Part shown: piece after piece, positions 56,817 through 64,000 of the stretch
Position numbering within the stretch: position 1 is the first letter of the stretch
Layout: every line of letters starts with the position of its first letter
From: the human T2T-CHM13v2.0 reference genome, Homo sapiens
Assembly: GCF_009914755.1 (NCBI RefSeq)
Contig: NC_060927.1
Length of the DNA stretch: 64,000 bases
Direction: 5' to 3' (one strand)
Notes under the pieces: generated by a model
Databases searched by the model: none
Told to the model about the DNA's origin: nothing
What the model saw: the letters and a program-made list of their open reading frames with translations, nothing else
Position numbers and translations under genes: made by a program

Positions 56817-56884
56817 TAGTACCACCCTTGGAAAAAGAGCGGACAATGGGAATGAAAAGGAGAGAGTTTGGGCTCTATGTCCCA

Positions 56885-57410
56885 ATGTGTCTTGAACCTG
56901 TCCCTCTCACTTGCTTTCCTCTGCCATCATCGACCACCACCCTGTCTTACATGATGACAGCCACAGCCTCCCAACTGGTGTCCCCACTCCCATTGCTGCT
57001 CATGCCTCATGCGGTCCTTCTCCATATAGCAGCCACACTGATCTGTTAAATACATAAATCCAACCAGGTTACTTTGGGACATAAAACCCAAGCCTCCTGC
57101 CTTGACCTCCAGGTCCCGTGAGATCTGGCCCCGCCAGCCTTGCTGACTTGCTGTCTTCTCTCTTCCCTCTCCCTGTGCTCCACCCTCAGGTCTTCTTCTT
57201 GCCCCTCACAGGTGCCTTCTTGCCGTAGAGTCTCAGGACTTGGCAATTCTCTCTGCTTACCATGCTCTTTACATAACTGGTTCCCTCTTGCTTAGGTTTA
57301 AGTGCAAATGCCACCTCTTGGGGATATTTTGTGACCCCTCTAATTAAAACAGCTTCTCCCCAACTTGGTAAATCTCCACCAAATCACCACCCTACATCTT
57401 TGCTTCACAG
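56885..57410 (+). mobile_element. L2 fragment
   Basis: acagcctcccaactggtgtcccc...tctccatatagcagcca...gagatctggccccgcc...aaatgccacctc. Confidence 0.7.
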
Positions 57411-60400
57411 CAGTGGTGCAGGGGCCCTGAACCCACATTTTGGCTGAATGCTAAATGGGCTGAGGATTAAAAATGAACATTTGGCCAAAGCCAAATATAG
57501 ATGTCACTGAATAAACTTCTGAGGGTACAAGAACAATCGAAATTAACACTTCAGTTATTTTTACAATGTTGCTATTAAAAACTTAATTAGCTAAAATTTA
57601 AACTTTTTTTTACTTCCCCCTGCTGCCTCTATACAACACATTTAGGACAGACGGCAAATGGATATTTACTTTGACTTGAGGTTAGTGGGAAGTGAAATAT
57701 TTTGGGGCCAGCTCTTTCAGTATGGCCAATCGTTGACAGCAACATTGACAGCGGGTTGTTAAGCTTTTTCTCCTTCCGGATAGGAAAGAATTAAGGTAAG
57801 CCTTATCTTATTTCATTTAATATGATGAATGCTAGTGCCTCAAACAGGTCTAGAGAAATTACCGTTATGATATAGCCTCATCTTTACTTTTCTGCTTTGC
57901 ATCATTATTTAATTTTTTTGAAGATTTCTTGGCTCAGAAGTGATATAATGTTCTTCTTAAAGATATCGAGTTGTACTGTTGTACTATTTATCTTCTTAGT
58001 CATTTGTTTATTCATATAAAATAGTTTTAATGAACAATTTTTACATGTTAACATGTTAATACATATTTGTACATATTTTTGTAGTTCCACTAATAGAATT
58101 CAACATATAGAGCACATATGAAGATTTTTTACTCCATCGTGCATTTGGAATGCTCACCTATTTTAAAAATGAATATTCAGATTTTAACAATAAGTCAGAA
58201 TGATATGCATTGCTTGTATTACAGACATTGTCACATTGATTGGGTATGATGATTATCTATGTGTTTCCAAGATCACTGAGCATGCGCAAGTCCAGAAATT
58301 TCAGAAATGACTTTGAAATAACACTTGACTATTTGGTCTCCTAAAGGCAAGTTGAAGCCAAAGGTATATAAAATATTTTAACTGAATAATAAGGCCAAAG
58401 CCAAACTTGAAGGTATCTCTACCCAATGACTTAAATGTGCCTTGTCTATTGTTTGTGCCATTAGATTGTGGGTGACATAACAGCTACATTTCTGCTTTTG
58501 TTCCCTGTTGTAGCCCCAGTGCCTCAAAGGCACAGTGTTTATAGCACACAGCAGCCACCCAGATAAGTGAGATGAAGGAAGGGCTGACCAAATGAACCTA
58601 GGAGTCTGGCCAATAGCATCTTATGCACTTCTCTCTGTGATTTGATTCTCCCCCTGATTTTTAAGTATTTGTGAGATCTGCATTGGACACTTGGTTCTGA
58701 TTACAAATGACAAAAATTACACACTAAGTTCTTCCAGAGGCTGCTATTTCTAGAGACCAGGTTGTTTTTGAGATTCATTTCATTTGAGGTCTGTTTAAAG
58801 CAGGCAGGTGAAAAAGAGAAACATTTTCTAGGTTCCAAGTCCCGCTACATTTGGCTCAACAGAAAATCACCTAATTCTGCTCTTGGGGTAGAAATAGGTT
58901 GAGTGATTTGACACAGCAGGGAGAAAAACAAGGTGACATCACATGGCAGGGCAGAACTGGGACAACACACCCAGAGCCTTCTGCCTCTAATAGTCCTCAA
59001 TGATTGATCCTGCAACTCTACTGTACTACTGCATGTATAAAGTCATGGGAGACAAGAGCCCTCTTTTCATTCCTTCCCTCTCTAGTAAATTTACAGAAGA
59101 AGAACATCCAAAAAACAACACCCTGTCATTATTAGATTGTATAGTGTGCTACTTGCTAAAAGTCAAATTTACAGAGATTTACTTGTGTTGGACCTAGCAA
59201 TTCCTTGGTGCATATATTTTTATCTGTGTGTATGTATTTTATTCATTACTTAGTAAATGACAGTGATTTGGTGTCAAGCACTCATACAATGGGTTCATTT
59301 TACTTTTCGGGCTTTCTCTGTTTTTTTTTTTTTCCCCTCCCCAGATATTTTGCAGCCATCTTCTGTTCTTTTAGGTATGGAGCCTCATCTAGATGGAGAG
59401 ATCTGCACTATAATTATCTTTATGGTCATCAGTACTCTGAAGAGGTTTTCAAGCCCATCACATTGGGCCCCTTCTCAGCTTTTCCATAACCCTTTACCAC
59501 TTGCTGCTAAGGTTTAGCTCTGAATCAACCAACATTTATTAATCATCTTTACATGTAAGCATTATAAGAAAACTAGCTTGCTATATAGTTTTTTTCCAAG
59601 TACAAGTAAGGGATCTACATATAAATGAACACATTCCAAAGGAAACTAAAAAAGGCATCTGAGAGATAAAGCGTCTTTAGCTTCTTTAGTTCACACCAAC
59701 TGACTTTGATGGTCTGTGCTGTTTTCCTTTTTTACCCTGGGTCCACTGACAGCAATAATGATTAAAATAAGAATAACATCTCTTACATTTGTGCCAAGTT
59801 CTTTGCATATGTTAAATTTGAAATGTTATTAAGCAGCCTATGGTGTAGGTATCATCAGTATTATTTTGTAAGTGAAGAAACTGAGGTTCAGAAGGATTTA
59901 GTAGCTCACCTACCATAACAATGACAGTGGCACAGGTGAGATTCAAAGTAGGGGTTGTATCACCCCAAAGCTTTTGCTCTTATGCCCATGCTGAACCTTT
60001 ATTTTTCATATAATCACTGAAATGTTTCCACCCAGACTGCAGCTGTTAAAGACTGCCTGAAATAGCTGCCTCATCCCAAACCATCTAAACTGGCAGCTAC
60101 AGGCTGGCATGAAAGCTTCTGAATCCTTACCAAGGAACCCAGGTGACTCTGAAGGACTCCAGAGTTTAAACACCAGAGCTCTAGAAATTTCCAAACCCCC
60201 TGATAATTGGCATCATGCCAAGATGCTGTGTCCTCCCCGAGTGCTCACATCCATCTGCACCCTTATAGTGAAGTGAGTTCCATATCACAGCACAGGGGCG
60301 TTGCTGGAAGACAAATAAGTAACTGACAAACACATAGAAAGTATTATCTTAGCTGCACTCTAGCCTCTGGAACAATGGCCCTGATCCAGAAAGAAGCCAG

Positions 60401-61399
60401 AATAACAGGCTTGTGGATACCCAGGCTGTAGAGGGCTGTGCCTCTGGAAGACGACTCATGGAGGATGTTGCCTTTTGGATTCCTCTTGCCTTTGAGAACT
60501 AGTTCTTTTATCATCAAATCGAAGGCAGTCCACCCTCAGAATATGTCCTCTGGCTCTGGAAAGCATTTTGGCAATGGTACTCCCTTCTACTTTGGCACCC
60601 TTGGCCAATTGATTTCCAGGTGTTTGAAGCCTGGGTGTGTGGAGTTGTAGGATTTGGGGGCAGGCTTCCTAATTTCTCTGAGCTTCTCTTTTTTCCTTCT
60701 ATTTCTTAACAGTACCATGTGGAGTTCAGTGACATTATAGTGAGTTTTAGGCTATTAATACTATTTCCTGAGAGGTTACAATATGCTGGTCACTGAACTC
60801 AGCCCTTAACATAGATCAGATTGATTTTCAACAACAACCCGATGGGGCAGTTGTGTCTTGTCTCTCTTTCAAATTTAGGGAAACTGAGGCTTAATGGGGA
60901 GAAGCTACTTGGTCAAGGTTACCCAGCTGGTGAACGGTGAAACTGTGATTTAAACCCAGCTCCATCTGACTCTTAGCCATATGGTTCCAGCTAGTTCAGT
61001 GCCTGGTACTTAGATTTCAATAAATGGTAGGGGCAGTTGTTATTGATAATGATTCCCTTGAGGATGATGATCATTATCATTAGTGTCTCTCCTGGGATTG
61101 TGTAAATGCCTCAAGGGCAGAGAGCCTCTTTTTAGACTCACGTGTTACACCTCACAGTGCTGATGTATGTGGGTCGAATTATGCCTGCTGAGTGTGTACA
61201 CTAATGTGGAACACCTGTGCTGGTGTGTGCGCCAGCACGTTCATCTCCCTTTAAATATAGGCTGGGTTTTAATCCACAAAACAACCGAATTTATGGAAAG
61301 GAAATGCACGCTTTTAGATAGTTTTGTTGAATATTCAATGCTAATTAAGTTACTCTGTTTTAGAGATCTAATTTCTTTTAGAAAGGTAGGGTGGCAGAA

Positions 61400-61620
61400 T
61401 GGATGAAAAGTACAGGCTTTGGGTTTGGCTTTTGGCTTAGCTATTGTATCTGCAACTTGACTAAATAACTTCACCTCTCTGGATTTCAATATTTCCATTA
61501 GTAAAATGAGAATAACAATAGTACCTATCTCATAGGTTATGGTAGGGCATTAAATAAAATGATGACTGTGAAATACCTAGCATGGCACCTGGTCCATAGA
61601 AAATACTGAATCAACGTTAA
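61400..61620 (+). mobile_element. MIR
   Basis: acttcacctctctggatttcaat...gtaaaatgagaataacaatagtacctatctcataggtt. Confidence 0.8.
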
Positions 61621-63339
61621 TGATCACTGTTTTAGACTCAGGCCACCTTGTTTTCCCCCATGTCCCCTTCGTCCATCTAAACAAGAATAAAGCCATGATT
61701 ACAATAGTCAATAGGACTACTATCTGCCCAAGCATTGTTTTAAGCATTATATATATATATATATATATAGCAATTAATTTTCATAAGAATATGGAAATGG
61801 AGGCACAAAGAGTTAAGCAGCCTGCCCACTCACACAGCGGAAATAGGAACGCAGTGCTCTGGCTCTCAATTTTGTACTCTTGTCCATGACACCATACTGC
61901 TTGTGAACACTGATGAATCTAAATCAAGTATCTGTTATTTTCTTATTAGTGAGGATTTAGAATTTCCCCCTCATTCTATCATTACAGGGAAATAACTCTA
62001 TGACATTCTTTCCTATGTTCTCCCTGATCACTAAATAAAAAATACAGTGGCTTTTCACATTTGGAGAGAAATGTATTAAATTTGATTTCTACTGAACAGT
62101 GATAGAAAAACAGTCCAGTTCTTAGATTTACTCCAGATGTAAGTGGCAAGTAATCTTCTCTGGCAAGGTAATAGAGAAGCTGAATCAGAAAGGAAATGAC
62201 CTACAGTCACTTAGTCCTTAAGGGTTTTTTTAAAAAGAGTACAGCCTTGTTTCATAGCTACACAAGATTAGACTACTCATGAAATCAGAACTTTTATAGA
62301 TTTTTCACGTTTAGATGGAGTATCAACGTCTAACTGACAAACTCCAGCCACTACTTGATCATCCCATTCTGAAATTCCAACTAATTTCAGAAATTTCACC
62401 AACTCAGAGTCAGTTGCAATTCCTGAAACCTCTGTCTTAAGTTCTGCCATTATGGTTCTTCTCTGGACCAGTTAGTTGGATGAAATAATTATAGAATTGT
62501 TGAGGTAGAAGGGACCTTGGATTCCACTTTTCAGGACTTGGAGAAGTTGGAAAGCTTGGTGGCTTACATAACACAGGTTGGCAAATTTATGATGGAGCTT
62601 GGAGAAGAATTAGGAGCTCTCTCTCCAAAACTTGTTCCCTAGCACCTTGCTTCCTTCCCACTGTCTATCCTACTGTCTGTTGTCCTAGCAGTCTGCCCAC
62701 CTTCGCCCACCTTCACCCTCCAGCTCACAAACACACACAAACTGGTCTTAAATAAACATTGGGAATTCTGGACCAAGCATTCTGGTCTGAGAGGCAGGAC
62801 AGTGTCTGAGCATCCCAAAGTGTGATTATAATTTTACTTTCTCCCAACCTACGTATCTTCTGGGAGCCTAGCAAAATTTAATTTCTGGGTCAGTGTTGAC
62901 TTTTACCATTTATGATTTAATTAACTTAGAAAGAAATTAAACCTTTTTCTGGAAGGAAAAAACAGAAGAAATAGTATCCAAGCTCCACGTTCTCGCTACA
63001 TAATGTCTCTACGTAAATATCTCCTGGACTGTGAACTTGAGCATGGAGTGTCAAGACAGGAAAGGAGCTGATTCTCAGGAAGCCTCATTCCCTTTCCCAT
63101 TCAGTGGCCTTTGAAGTTCTCAAAAGCTACTGAGGCTCCTGGAATATAGACCATGCTCAGGCACTCAGATTTTTCCAATCAACTCTCCTCCATGGGTGCA
63201 CAACTTCAAAGGTCGTATCTGTGTTATTCCCCACTCTAATACTAAAGCCTGGCAAATAGTATGTGCTCAATAAATACTAGTTTACCAATATATGGTTCCA
63301 AGTTTACTCCAGTCCTTAAAGATATTTCAGGTTTCAAGA

Positions 63340-63820
63340 TGGAAATACAATCATATTTTCCCTGGCTTAAACTCCGCCAATAGCTTCTCCAGGGTCTTGG
63401 AATAAAGTTTAAACCCTTTGCGTGGCCCCTAAGACCTGTAAGTTGTCGGCCCTGCCCTGCTCTCTGCACTCTCCCTGTAAACACTCTCCCTCAATGACTA
63501 ATTTCTAGGCACATTGTTCCCCCTTCTGGTCCAGGACACATCAAGCCCCTCCCTACCTCAAAGCCTTGCACTTGCTGTTTCCTCTTCCCTATGCCCCCAC
63601 TACTTTCTATCACAGCAGCCTGCTCATTTCTTTCAGAACACAAATTATAATCTGTTGTTACCCTTATATATTCATTTGTTCATTTGTTTATTGCCTATGT
63701 CCCTTACTTGAATGTTTGATCCACAGGCCAAGGTTTGAGATATGTTATTCACAGCTGTAGCCCCAGCACTGGTTGGACATAAGGAAAGCATCCTGTGTAC
63801 ACTTGCTGAAGGAATGCAAG
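63340..63820 (+). mobile_element. L2 3' end
   Basis: gaataaagtttaaaccctt...cctcaaagccttgcacttgctgtttcctct...ttattcacagctgtagccccagcac. Confidence 0.7.
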
Positions 63821-64000
63821 TATCTACCCTTTCATATCATCGTATCACATTTGAATATCAAAGAAGCCATTCAGGAAAGATATTCTGCCTTGATGTAAAC
63901 CATTCCAAGGCCCAGTACACAGAAAACATTTTGCTTAAATTGAAAAAGGAAGCACCATTAAGAAGATAATACATGAGGCAAGCAACTGGAGGGAACAACT

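Noticed and set aside
57784-57795. 12-nt microexon-like GAAAGAATTAAG between a pyrimidine tract/AG and GTAAGC on the + strand
   Set aside because: It is on the wrong strand for CADPS, so it cannot be a CADPS neural microexon. At most it is a site in a hypothetical antisense RNA.
58043-58056. Palindrome ACATGTTAACATGT as a p53 site
   Set aside because: The CATG cores are not at the 10-bp spacing of a p53 response element.
62367-62392. 10-bp stem / 6-nt loop TTCTGAAATT...AATTTCAGAA
   Set aside because: AT-rich; expected by chance at this window size; no other ncRNA features.

Overview
Human genomic DNA (an AluYa5 with all diagnostic positions is present). The window lies inside CADPS (CAPS1, Ca2+-dependent activator protein for secretion 1), transcribed on the minus strand. 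Two short coding exons missed by the ORF track were found from splice signals: 16334-16223 (112 nt, (T)[37 protein letters not shown]) and 8908-8769 (140 nt, [46 protein letters not shown](G)). They splice in frame and encode the second half of the C2 domain up to the PH domain; from memory these are exons 7 and 8, at chr3p14.2. The rest is intron filled with Alu, L1, L2, MIR, MaLR/ERVL LTRs and hAT MITEs, plus islands of unique, motif-rich sequence. The best leads are: (1) a minus-strand alternative, poison or terminal exon at 50338-50239 whose acceptor nearly copies the exon-7 acceptor and which would truncate CAPS1 inside C2; (2) a clear L1PA3 3' transduction inside an AluJ, and a second, older candidate transduction; (3) exons 7+8 total 252 nt, so a back-spliced circle would carry an endless ORF, and inverted Alus flank them, one human-specific; (4) an antisense MLT2A1 LTR with intact DUX4-type, TATA and splice-donor motifs but a broken polyA signal; (5) a Pbx-Hox/Meis/Oct enhancer-like island and CTCF motifs. 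Repeat subfamily names and boundaries are by eye and approximate. No database search was run, so novelty is not established for any item.
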